This document shows, in pieces, positions 47,545 to 60,984 of a stretch of 64,000 nt of DNA. Location: assembly GCA_951406725.2 (NCBI GenBank), contig OX597814.1, forward strand, positions 132,618,001-132,682,000. The letters are read 5' to 3'. The notes beneath the pieces are model-generated. The model was not told the origin of the DNA, did no database searches, and saw only the letters and a list, made by a program, of their open reading frames with translations. This stretch comes from Octopus vulgaris. Lineage: Eukaryota. Made by a program: the position numbers and the translations under genes. Numbering within the stretch: position 1 is the stretch's first letter; each line of letters opens with the position of its first letter.

Positions 47545-48330
47545 AATCTTTCTAACTATAGGCACAAGGCCAGAAATTTTGTGGGGAGATAGCTAGTCGA
47601 TTACATCAACTCCAGTTTTTGAGTGGTACTTTATTTTATCAATTCAGAAATGATGAAAGACAAAGTCGACCTTGACGGAATTTGAACGCAGACAATAACG
47701 GAAGAGGTGCCGCTAAACATTTTATCCGTCGTGCTAACGATTCTGCCAGCTCATCGTCTTGAAAAACAAAAGCAATGAACCTTTCTACTAGAAGCACAAG
47801 GCCTGAAATTTTGGAGAAGGGGATAGTCGATTACATAGACCATAGTACACAACTGGTACTTATTTCTTCGACCCCGAAAAGATGAAAGGCAAAGACGAAC
47901 TCGGCGGAATTTGAACTCAGGACGTAACGGCAGACGAAGGGGCTAAACACAGAGAGGACAAACAAGGACAGAAAAACGGATTAAGTCGATTATATCGACC
48001 CCAGTGTGTAACTGGTACTTATTTAATCGACGCCGAAAGGATGAAAGGCAAAGAGGACCTCGGCGGAATTTTGAATTCCGAACGTAGCGGCAGGCGAAAT
48101 ACTATTTCTTTACTAACCACAAGGGGCTAAACACAGAGGGGACAAACAAGACAGACAAACGGATTAAGTCGATTACATCAACCCCAGTGCGTAACTGGTA
48201 CTTAATTTATCGACCCCGAAAGGATGAAAGACAAAGTCGACCTCCGCGGAATTTGAACTCAGAACGTAATGGCAGGCGAAATACCGCTAAGCATTTTGCC
48301 CGGCCTGCTAACGATTCTCAGAGCTCGACG
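47545..48330 (-). mobile_element. SINE cluster: older monomer (47545-47760) plus trimer (47780-48330)
   Basis: Same family; junctions at 47938 and 48101. Confidence 0.85.
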
Positions 48331-48565
48331 TCTTGGGAAACAAAATTAATAATAATACAACTTTTAACAATGTTACACAACATTATCAAATATAATTTAC
48401 TTTTCCAGTTGATACGATAATATCAATAGCATTAAATATAAGTGTTTCTTAATGATCATGAACTTTAAAATATGAATGACATTTATATTACAAATTAATA
48501 AACATTTTTCCTTTTAATTACTTATTTAGTCCACCTCAACCATCCACCAACACATTTCGTCTTAC

Positions 48566-48727
48566 CTTTCCAGAAGATTTGATGCCTTTGATCATACAAC
48601 AGAAAACCAATAACCAAGCGCATACTAATGCGGCCGATATCTTCCAGCTTATTATAGGTGCTGTATCGATCGACGGAGCACTGTTGAGAGCGACACGAAA
48701 CCAGAAGTAGGTTGTCGAACCACTTTT
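48566..48727 (-). CDS. SLC6 transporter exon (EL2-TM4): KSGSTTYFWFR...KGIKSSGK
   Basis: 162 nt (54 codons); acceptor ctcttgcaag|AAA, donor AAG|gtaaga. Confidence 0.92.
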
Positions 48728-48813
48728 CTTGCAAGAGAACATGAAAGAGAAAAATATAAAAATAAGTTTCTATTGATGCACGAAACAGACAACACAGAGA
48801 GAAAGAGTGACAG

Positions 48814-49275
48814 ATGTATGTATGTATGTATGTATGTATGTATGTATGTATGTATGTATGTATGTATGTATGTATGTATGTATGTATGTATGTATTCATG
48901 CATGCATGTATGTATGTATGTATGTATGTATGTATGTATGTATGTATGTATGTATGTATGTATGCATGCATGCATGTATGTATGTATGTATTCATGTATG
49001 TATGTATTCATGCATGTATGTATGTATGTATGCATGCATGCATGTATGTATGTATGTATGTATGTATGTATGTATGTATGTATGTATGTATGTATGTATG
49101 TATGTATGCATGTATGTATGTATGTATGTATGTATGTATGTATTATGTATGTATGTATGCATGCATGTATGTATGTATGTATGTATGTATGTATGTATGT
49201 ATGTATGTATGTATGTATGTATGTGTGTGTGTGTATGTATGTATGTACGTATGTGAGAGTTATGTATATGTATAC

Positions 49276-49318
<43 letters not shown>

Positions 49319-49320
49319 TA
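48814..49320. repeat. (TATG)n and (GA)n microsatellite
   Basis: Direct inspection. Confidence 0.95.
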
Positions 49321-49496
49321 GAAGAAAGTAGTTGAGAGAATTTTAAGAATCGAATACGAAGATTAAATTAAGACTGAAGAAAGACTAAAAGGGAAATAGA
49401 CCAATTTTGAAAGAAACTAGAGTATATGGACTTTATAAACTCAGGCATATGTATATATACATACACAAATATATATACATATATTACACACACACA

Positions 49497-49537
<41 letters not shown>

Positions 49538-49651
49538 ATGATAAATCTCAGAGCAAGTTATAAACAGTAGCGGTAACACATCGTGACGCATATTTGCCAT
49601 TTGAATAGCATCCACCCTTAGGGGTTAGCCATATTCAATGGCAAATATGCG

Positions 49652-49708
<57 letters not shown>

Positions 49709-50559
49709 ATGTATATATAAGCACATATATGTATGTATATGTATGGGTTATATAAGTATATATATGTATGTATATGTATGTGTATGTGTGTACTTAGATA
49801 CTGAGATACTGAGATAAGTTTCGGTTAGAATTGTATCAAGCCATGTCTAATAGCACCACCTGAAAAAGACATTTAATTGTTTCATATTACAGTCACTCTT
49901 CCGGCAGCATAGCTTATTCTTTTCTTCTCTAGATACAAGGGAGGAGGCCAGTCGATTAGATAGACCTCAGTATGCAACTGGTACTTAATTTATCGACCCC
50001 AAAAGGATGAAAGTCAACCTCGATGGAATTTGAATTTAGAACGTAAAGGCAGGCGAAATAACCCAGCCGATTCGAGTAAAGAGTGATTGTTTGCAGAGAT
50101 ATATCTTGGTGTAGGTGGATTATCTGGAATTTATTGGAGATATTTGTCCAGGACCCATTTGAATGTTATGAAATGTTTTTCTCTTATGCATCTTGGCATG
50201 ATGTTAAAGAGAAAAAGGCCAGTTGAAGTGAAATAGTTCCGTCTAGCAGTTGTGATGTGACGTTAAAATTATTTTTGTGGAGAACGGATGACACGAGGGC
50301 AAGGACAAGCCTTGGGTGAATTTTAATATTGATGCTAACATCCTTTGGACAGTACTGTTGGAATATTTTCCACATCATACAAATGATATTGTGCTCACAG
50401 CGAAAGCAGTATTAATATTATGGATATTACCCAACGGGCAATCATTATATCCATCTTAACGTGGTGTTTTGATACATTAACAGGCACAGACGTAGCTGTG
50501 TCGTCAGACGCTTGCTTCCCAACCACATGTCTCCGGGTTCAGGAAGCCCGTCGTATATA

Positions 50560-50714
<155 letters not shown>

Positions 50715-52356
50715 GAAAATAAGACAAGGTAGAAAATACTAAAATAATCTTATTGTGAAGAACATTTTAGTACCGGTTTCCATCTTTGCGACTTATGCAA
50801 CCTAGAGTCACGCATGAAAAGCAATTAAATTGTTTTCAAATGCAAGGGACATTTTCCTTTTTTTCTATTTGCCTCTGTCTCTCTCTTTTACTCATGTATG
50901 TTCTAGGTAGTGGGCAGCAGGTAGTAGTAGGCCTAATATTTGATATGAATTCTTGTTTTTGATTGTTTAAGCAGTAGTAGTAGTAGTAGTAGTTGAAAAG
51001 AAGGCGGTGAAGAAGAAGAAGAAGGAGAAGAATGCGGGAGTGATATGACAGTAGTAGGATGTTGGTGGAATGCTCTTAAATGGTCAAGTGACCTAAAAGT
51101 GACCCGTTGTGATTGTAATAGTAGTGACTGGAATTGTTCAGAATAAATTCATGGGTAGTGTCTGTTCTGAATATATCGTTTATAGTAGTTGCGATTTTAG
51201 TATTTGGATTTGCGATTTTAGTATTTTAGTATGTATTCGCTGAATGCTATTTTTCTGTATTTCCGAATTTTGATCTGGGATCACGCTTCTCTAGTCACAT
51301 TTCGTTTCTCAGTCGCTGCCTTCATCACCGCCTCATCCCTAAAGTTTTGTGCCTCCATTTCCACCCTACTCTCCACTCTGCTACAACCATCCTACCCATA
51401 CTCCGTACTACATCCTACCGCTTTATGCGCGCCACCATTCGTTCTAATATCTTCAAAATAAACACCATTGACCGTCTTTTCCCTCTTACTTTTTCCATCT
51501 TCACCTCTCAGTCGCCCTCCCATGCAAACACTACGTTACATAATTCATTTAAATAATCTCTTTCATCAATTTCTCGTTCACACCAAACAATGTAAACTCC
51601 ACTCACTCCTCCATTGCATCACACCCGATGCCACAACCCAACGCAACCCCTCCCCTCCCCCTATTCCTTCCTAATACACCCCATTCTTACCAAACCACTC
51701 GTCCTTCCATATATATATATCAGTGTCACATATAATGACACAGATGGGTTGCGTTTCACTACCGCTGTTTCAGGCGTGTGCTTTATTGATGAACAAAAGT
51801 ATTACATCATGCAAAAAAAAAAAAAAAAAACGTTTTCATCAGGTGAATACAGGTGAGAATTAACAATCAGAACCTGTCACAAAACAGAAGAGTGATTAGA
51901 TACAGTTACTCGCTCTCCTGCCGAAATCACGTCGGTTGTGACATATGTCACTATGTTCTGTTTTGTGAAAAGTTCTAATTATTAATTCTTGCCTTTATTC
52001 ACTGACGAAAGTAGTTTTTTGCAGTATAGAACACGTCTGAAACACCTGTAGTAAATCGTAAACCATTTGTGTATTTATTTATTGTTTACCTAACTCGAAA
52101 CCTTCCATACGTTTGGATCTGGGGTCTATAATCAACGAGGAATAAGTACAGTGAGTGTACCCCTGTGTGGCGTTGATGGCACGTTGTGCATTAAGTCCGT
52201 TACTTGTGAATGTATATATAACTGGAAGGACAATTCCGTATTGACTTTAGTAAGTATGTATATGTCAGTATATATTGTCGGTACACAGGTGCGCTATCCC
52301 CGAGTCTACCTTGCTTTTACTACACAAATACCTGATATTCTTTTGAATCCTGAAAG

Positions 52357-52470
<114 letters not shown>

Positions 52471-52925
52471 TTAACACACACAAATATGTACACGTACATA
52501 CACAAAGATACGTGTGTGTGTGTTTTTGTATATATATTCTAGCATACACACGTACATGCATACGTACATCCAGAGAGATAGACAGACATGCAAGCACACA
52601 CTCATACCTAGAGACAAAAATACTGGCACATATCACCTTATGATCATCAGATTCAGCAACAGCATTGTTAGTCAATGTTTTAAGTAACCCAATCGATATT
52701 CATTTATCTTATCAACTGTTTGATATTTGAAATATCCCTAAAGTAATAAGCGATATCCATCTATGTGTAATCACCTATAAAACTCTTTGTTTATAAAGAG
52801 CTTTGTTAATATCAATCAACTCATTAGAATAGAATTGAAAGTATCCGCAAAGCACTGCAACGTAACGACACGTTAAAACTGATGATGCGAAGTGATGGCA
52901 ATATACTTTAGTATTATAATATATA

Positions 52926-52988
<63 letters not shown>

Positions 52989-53051
52989 ACAGCTTGAGTT
53001 GCATAATAGTTGTTTTATCTCTAATTTATATTATATTATATTATTTTATAT

Positions 53052-53096
<45 letters not shown>

Positions 53097-53178
53097 ATAT
53101 ATATATATATATATATATACAACTGCTTGAGTTGCATAATAGTGGTTTTATCTCTAATTTATATATTATATTATATTA

Positions 53179-53285
<107 letters not shown>

Positions 53286-54633
53286 GAAACTTCACGTTTC
53301 CTTCCTTTAAGAATAATCACAAATTCAGTGGACCCTACATCAATCACAGAGAACATATTTAAGAGTATAGTTTTTAAAAATATATATACCTACTAGCCAT
53401 AATAACCAGTATTGAAGTGGAAAATCAAGTAAAGTACATGTAAAAATATGCATAAACTATTTATTAAAGGAGACAAAAACTAAAGCATTTTTTCAAACGA
53501 TCTTCCGATTTACGTCATTTTTGCTGTTATGCTGCACGACCTCGGATTAACTATTGACGTCATTTAAGGTATGCCTACATACATACGTACACACAAAACA
53601 CACACACATATATAGTTAAAAGAAGAAAAGAAAATGGAGATTAAGTAGTTAATTATTTATTTTAACAAAACAGCCATCTTTCGCTTCTTACAACTGCTTC
53701 CAGTATTTTTTGGGATGCAACCATTCCTTCACGAGGTTAATATATCCTCTATTTAAATTCTCTCTCTATATATATATGTATTAATCCCTCTACTATCATG
53801 TGTGTTAGGTCCCAAAAACCCCGTGTTAGGTGAAGATCCACGAAGTAGAAACAATACTTTACTGTATATTTTTTAAATTATTTTTATAATTTGTATATAT
53901 TTATTTTATTATAAAAGCAAAACAACACCACGGAGGAATCGACGTAAAGCTTAAATAATAAACCGCGATAGCTGAAGCGCGATACGGCGAGAGATTACTC
54001 TGCATATATATACAAATATATACATGTGTGTGTGCATGTGTGTGTAATTATTCAGTTTTATTTCAAGATTTCTTGCCAATAGTGAAAGAGCCGGTTTCTA
54101 ACCTACATCCATAAGAATTTCAACATCAACAGGCTATTTTTGCATGTCTGTATGTATGTATGCATGCAGATTCGTTTGCTTTGTTCAATGTATGTATTCT
54201 TATGTATATAGTTTCATATCTAGATATGCTCATATATATTTAAATGATAAACTTCTGGAAAGTTTTACAAATTTTTGCTATTTCAGTGATGGATTGGATC
54301 TTTAGTCTTCGAATTAGCTTTCTCCTTTCTGGTTTTAAGAAGTCTAATTTATCAAGATTGGTATTTAGGCAGTGTCTTACATATCACAGCGCCCCAATAA
54401 GCGTTAAACTATGACAACATTGCCGTCTTTCTTTCTAGCTTTCTGATCCTCAATATTCCACTGAGTTAAAGGTAGAAGAACCAGCAAGAGGTTTATGTCT
54501 GCTCACGACTACATATACACATAAATAACTAGCGAAAGCACGTTACATGCTAACATGTCCTACCTGTGGAAGACAGTAAAACTCTCTCTCTCTATTTCTC
54601 TCACTCTCCATTTCTCTCTCCCTCTCTATGTAA

Positions 54634-54678
<45 letters not shown>

Positions 54679-55636
54679 CATGTATGTATATGGGTAGGGA
54701 TTTTCACAAAAGAGCTCAAACCAAATTCTGTGTTATCAACACTGTCGGGTTCCAGACCAATGCCGATAATCTTCAGCGTAGAAAATCCTGGTTTCACAAT
54801 GGTCACACCGTTATGTGTGTTTGGCTAAGAGTAAATTATAATTCAAATGACAAGAAGACAAAGAAATTCTTTCACACATCTTTAATGATTCGCTACAATT
54901 GTTTCTGTATCAACTTTACTTGCATCACCAGTTTAAGTAAAAATTCTAAGTGAAAATTTCTTCAATGGTTGCGGTTTTAGACATTAGAGTGGCACTTCAT
55001 CAGACCTGCATCAAAGATGCGCTATTCTTCTACAGCAGGATATTTTCCAGGGCTGGATAAAGATGTGGAACTCCACTATTGCATAAGATTAATATGAGTT
55101 ATGCAGCAAAAAAGATAGAAATAGCAAGTTGTAATACTAATTACAACATTTGTTTCTGCACCGGACACAGCTTTATGTTGCCGAATTTATAGTCTTATAT
55201 CATTATATACGATTATTCTTTAGAATGACTATATAAACAGCGTGTGTTGGTGCTACCTCGGGTAGAGTGCAATTAAGCACTGTTGGATTTCTTTGAGTAC
55301 CTCGTATGTACCATGTCAATTTTTCTTCATCAGTCAGTTCATAAAATTCCGAGCTACAGCATTGTACCCGAGAAAGCATCCAAACACAACTTGGTGGATC
55401 ATATGTGTCTATTTATATAATTATTCTAAAGAATAATCTTGGTAAGAAGCATGCTTCCCAACCACATCGTTCCGGGTTCAGTCCCAGGGCATGGCACCTT
55501 GTCAAGTATCCTCTACTATAGCCTCGGGCAGACCAAAGCCTTGTGAGTGGATTTGGTAGACGGAAACTGAAAGAAGCCTGTCGTATACATACATATATAC
55601 ATACATATATACACATATGTATGTATATTAGGTATG

Positions 55637-55702
<66 letters not shown>

Positions 55703-56273
55703 TACACATACATACATATATATATATATATATATGTGTGCGTGTATATGTTTGTCCCCCGCCATTGCTTGACAACCGATGCTGGATTATTTATGGCCTC
55801 GTAAACTAGCGTTTCGGCAAAAGTCATCGATAGAATACGTACAAGGCATACAAAGAAAAAGTCCCGAGGTTGAATTGTTCGACTAAAACTATTTAAGGCG
55901 GTACTCCAACATGGTAGCCGTCGAATGACTGAAACAAGTAAAAGAATAAAATAATAATGGTATATGAACGTAAAATCTGCAACATGAAGCTGGTGCCCAG
56001 ATTAGAAACAAATGTAATTTACTATTAAAGCCTGCTATTTCCATCTTCGTGTTATGTAATTTGTATATATATTCATACAAACAGACAGACAGACACAGAG
56101 ACACACACGCACACAAGCATACACATACAGTCACACAAACACGCACATATATAAATGGAACCATCTCGTCTGGCTTACAAGAATAGCATATCCAACTATC
56201 GGATCAAATTAGTGTTTGTATATGTGTCATGCGTCTGCGTACGACTATGGGTGGTATATATCTATATCTATCA

Positions 56274-56369
<96 letters not shown>

Positions 56370-56377
56370 CTCTCTCC

Positions 56378-56600
56378 CCGAAAGAGATCAAATAAGAAAA
56401 GGATTCCATCGGAATCCTTTAAACGGAATCTGGACAAATTTCTTCAAGGAATACCAGATACGCCACATATACCTGGATACAACTCACTCCCTACTCGAGT
56501 GGAGCATGATACCACAAAACTTGACTTAAAAAGTATTTAGATAATCCTATTAGGTGGTGTTATTAAGTTAGACATGGCCTGGACCAAAACCATACATGCG
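56378..56600 (+). mobile_element. 3' end of a CR1/L2-group LINE
   Basis: SFKRNLDKFLQGIPDTPHIPGYNSL resembles the FK..LD.FL C-terminal motif. Confidence 0.55.
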
Positions 56601-57106
56601 TTTCGACAAATTACTGACAGGGTTACATAATTGCTTGTTGAATGATTATATAATATTGTTAATCAGTGTTTAAGAGGTGAATTAACACGATTATATAAAC
56701 CTGGTAGTAATTTTCCGTAATACGTGTATGTTTCATAACGCATAAAATGCCATAAGCATTTTCTATATTGTATTAGTACTGTGTTGTGTTTGTACGTATG
56801 TGTATGTGTGCGTGAGTGTGTGTATGTGTGTGTGTGTGTGTGTGTGGTGTATGTGTGTGTATTTGCGTGTGTGAGACAGAGACAAAAATTACAGGTATCT
56901 TACAGTGTAACCGATGACCAGAACGTTCCACGTATCTGATCTTTCTTTTTTATTGCTTCAGATTAATGCTTATCATACATTATAACACATTACTGTACAT
57001 CATAGTAGCTTTTCATCTCTTAATACGCATGTATATTTATGTTTACGAAAATGTGAAATATAACTGATGCAATAAATTTTAAATATATAATTATAGTATT
57101 ACTTAC

Positions 57107-57411
57107 TTCACATTCCTGGTTATATGTCGTAATATTACCCACTGTTTCAGATGGACAGGAAGACCAAGGTAGAGGGCTCTGAAAACTTTCCACTAGATAG
57201 TACATGCACCATGCCATGATTGTGTTGTAATAGAGAGCCACGTTGAAGGAAACAACGGCGGCAGCTATACCAAGACCACCTAAATAAGGTGATACTTGAT
57301 TCCAGCAACCGATAGCTCCTTTGCGTAATCTTTGACCTAGAGCTAATTCCAAATAGAATATAGGAATTCCTTCCACAAACAGCATTACTGCGTATGGTAT
57401 AAGAAATGCTC
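57107..57411 (-). CDS. SLC6 transporter exon (TM2, TM3, start of EL2): (G)AFLIPYAVMLFVEGIP...ITTYNQECE
   Basis: 305 nt; acceptor ttatttcag|GA, donor GAA|gtaagt; phase 1 to 0. Confidence 0.95.
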
Positions 57412-57868
57412 CTGAAATAAGAAGGAAAAATATAAATATTAGTATAAACAAGGCATCAGACATTTTTTAAAATCCCGAGAACATTTATAATATTCGTCCA
57501 TCACACACGCACTACACACAACCACACGCATGTATACACACACAAACAAATAAATATATAAACAGGAAGGATTTAATAAACATAAACTAAATATATAGAT
57601 TTTTCTGCTTTGGTTAGCCAACGGACACTTAACAATATTGAAGCAAGTTCAACACGACGAAAAGCAGCTTCCGGGAAAGTCACGTCACGAAACCCCTACA
57701 TATTCATAAATCAAGTTGGATATTTACCTTAGTTGCTCCCAGCGGTGTGGGTTCACAACGGAATTTATTATTCACAGTATTATAGTAAAACTGAATATAT
57801 ACCTTTTAAAGATGATTGCAAGACTGTTTACAAATTTAATCACGTAAAAGGTGATCGATGACCCACTG

Positions 57869-57973
<105 letters not shown>

Positions 57974-57986
57974 CTCTATCTCTCTT

Positions 57987-58064
<78 letters not shown>

Positions 58065-58066
<2 letters not shown>

Positions 58067-58213
58067 TCACAAAAGTGCTGGAGGGTATTGACTAGCACCG
58101 CTTGCGCTAAAATAAGAGTTAAATTAACTCGAAATCCACTATAGGACTATACTCACGAAAAAATATTTTAGCATAAGCGGTGCTAGTCAGTACCCTTCAT
58201 CACGTTTGTGACC
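58065..58213. repeat. Foldback element with ~50 bp inverted arms
   Basis: ggtcacaaaagtgctggagggtattgactagcaccgcttgcgctaaaata pairs with tattttagcataagcggtgctagtcagtacccttcatcacgtttgtgacc. Confidence 0.8.
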
Positions 58214-59045
58214 AATTTTGCCTTTATCAATTTTGCCACCCTTTAGGTTCTAATTGCTAATAAGCCACGTCACCCTTATCCTTAATTTGTCGTATATCGT
58301 CGGCGTGGTATATATATATATATCAAGCAAAATACATTGCTGATTTCGAAAATATAATAAAAGAGATATATATATATATATATATAGGGACAGGCAGGGT
58401 GGTGGGGTGTTACTGTTGCATTTAGCCCCAGGCGAACATCGACGTCACCAGAAAGGCTAGACACCGTCACGGTGTCCTTATCCTGCAAAGGGATATCCGA
58501 TGAAGCGGAAACCACACACGGACCATGGTTTCAAGGTGTATTGCCTATCGTCGGCGTGTGGTAGGCTTCCGCTTCCTCGACGAATATATCACATATAGAT
58601 TTTCAAGCAAAATACATATCGAAAGCAATATATAAAGAGATATAGACAGTAACTGCTCGATAACATAAGGGATAAAGCCATCTGAATATGGCTAGGACAG
58701 GGCATATGCATTTAGCCCCAGGCGAACATATATGACACCGTCATATCCTGCAGGGAGTATCGATGAAGCGGAAACCACACACGGACCATGGTTTAGGTGT
58801 ATATATATTCTCATGAGGATATATATTTTCAAGCAAAATACATTTGCTGATTTCGAAAATCTGTTCGAAAGCAATAATAATATATATACTGCTCGATATG
58901 GGATATATATATATATATATATAGACACCGTCACGTCCTATCCTGCAAAGGGAGGTATATAGGTTCAATACTAGTCGGGTGTAGGTTCCGCTTCCTCGAC
59001 GAATTCTCACTCTGCAGGGCGCAATGGCCCTATATCTTTTGGAAT

Positions 59046-59164
<119 letters not shown>

Positions 59165-59186
59165 ATAATTCTCTAAAAGAGATATA

Positions 59187-59400
59187 GAGGCGCAATGGCC
59201 CAGTGGTTAGGGCAGCGGACTTGCGGTCGGAGGATCGCGGTTTCGATTCCCAGACCGGGCGTTGTGTGTGTTTATTGAGCGAAAACACCTAAAAGCTCCA
59301 CGAAGCTCCGGCAGGGGATGGTGGTGATCCCTGCTGTACTCTTTCACCACTCTAAAGGCGGTGCTCCAGCATGGCCGCAGTCAAATGACTGAAACAAGTA
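59187..59400 (+). mobile_element. tRNA-derived SINE (different head, shared 3' tail)
   Basis: GAGGCGCAATGGCCCAGTGGTTAGGGCAG...TTCGATTCCC head; tail cagtcaaatgactgaaacaagta. Confidence 0.7.
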
Positions 59401-59401
59401 C

Positions 59402-59457
<56 letters not shown>

Positions 59458-59868
59458 GTATTGTGTATATATATATAACGTTTATTACCTCGCATTTTTG
59501 GATTATAAAGATTTTGCTTATGGACCTTCAATACGTAGAGCTAAATTTTCAACTCTGTCGTATATTTCTAATTTAATTTCAAAATATATTTCTTTTTTGA
59601 AAAATCCTTTCAAATTAAGATATACTCATGATAGATAAACTTTTACTTCGATAGATCATTAAGAATATCCTGCACCCTCAATAAACACTTAAGAAGGCAG
59701 GTGAAAAATTGATGCAGTGATGTTAACCCACATTAGCAACAGGTTTAGTAGTACAAGCAAATTGAAATGGTTAACTAAAGGAATATGTAGAAATAAATTA
59801 GATTGCTTGGCGTTCGATCCTCTCTTTAATTTTCGAGTGGCGTAAGTAGATTGATTTGTCTTCAATCG

Positions 59869-59976
59869 TAGTATTACTTACTTCACATTCCTGGTTAAAT
59901 GTCGTAATATTACCCACTGTTTCAGATGGACAGGAAGACCAAGGTAGAGGGCTCTGAAAACTTTCCACTAGATAGT
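59869..59976 (-). pseudogene. Partial duplicate of the 3' third of exon 57107-57411, including its donor site
   Basis: 108 nt matching 57094-57201 with one substitution (TAT>TTT, Y>F); same orientation, about 2.8 kb upstream in the intron. Confidence 0.9.
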
Positions 59977-60868
59977 GGACACACATACACACACATATAC
60001 ACACGCGCGCTCACACATACACACAAGCACACACACACACACAAATACGAACTCACACACATATACACATCCCTACGTACAGGGAGTAAGTAGACGTATC
60101 TCAGTGTGAGAGGGGATTGATAAAACTATAAACTATAAGAATATTTTATTCAGCAGAAGAATCTCAGTTTTTGAAGGCGAATATAGACAAATACCCACCA
60201 TTATAGAAAATATATTTTCAGAAAACTTGTCATATCTTCTACTATATCAAATACTCTGCTGAATATAAATACTTCATTTTTAAGTGTAATATTTTTGTTG
60301 AAACTATTTAGATTTGCATCAGCATTTCTTATAACTTGCTTGTCTTTTGTTGTGATATTATTGGATTTTTCTCACATATCTTTTATGAATTTCATTCTGT
60401 CAGTACCCAGTCTTGTCTTTAAATTATAAATCTACTGAATGAAAGGCCTTATGGCTAACCTACATAATTCATCGATGAAATAAAAAAGAAAATATGATAG
60501 GTGTGAGTATTGCTGCAAGTAAAGTGCTATGATAACTTCCAATAGAAAAATACAACTAACGGTGAACAAATTAATCGGTGTGGCCAATTCTTACAAAATA
60601 ACGAAAATCCGAAATAGGTGGGCACAGTATGATTGAATATATATCAATAATAGATATAAAGAATATAGGGAATTTCTATTATAGTTTTACGATCATTGTG
60701 CAACTAAATCAATGTTTTCCTCTTGAAATAATATTATTTTTGGTGAAACACAACTATTTTCATAACTATGGCTTGTATTCGATTGAATCGGCTCAAATAC
60801 ATTATCAATAGCTTCAGTATCAATGCTGGTGTTTCAAAAGTTAACGGTGATACTGACAAGATTTGGAC

Positions 60869-60984
60869 TAAATCGTTAAACAAACGCTACAAGCTCCAAA
60901 ATATCCCCCGCCCCCGATACAATACAGCTGTATTATATCGGGGGGAAAATAGTTTGGAGCTTGTAGTGTTTGTTTAACGATTTA
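60869..60984. repeat. 116 bp near-perfect palindrome
   Basis: taaatcgttaaacaaacgctacaagctccaaa...aatacagctgtatt...tttggagcttgtagtgtttgtttaacgattta. Confidence 0.9.
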
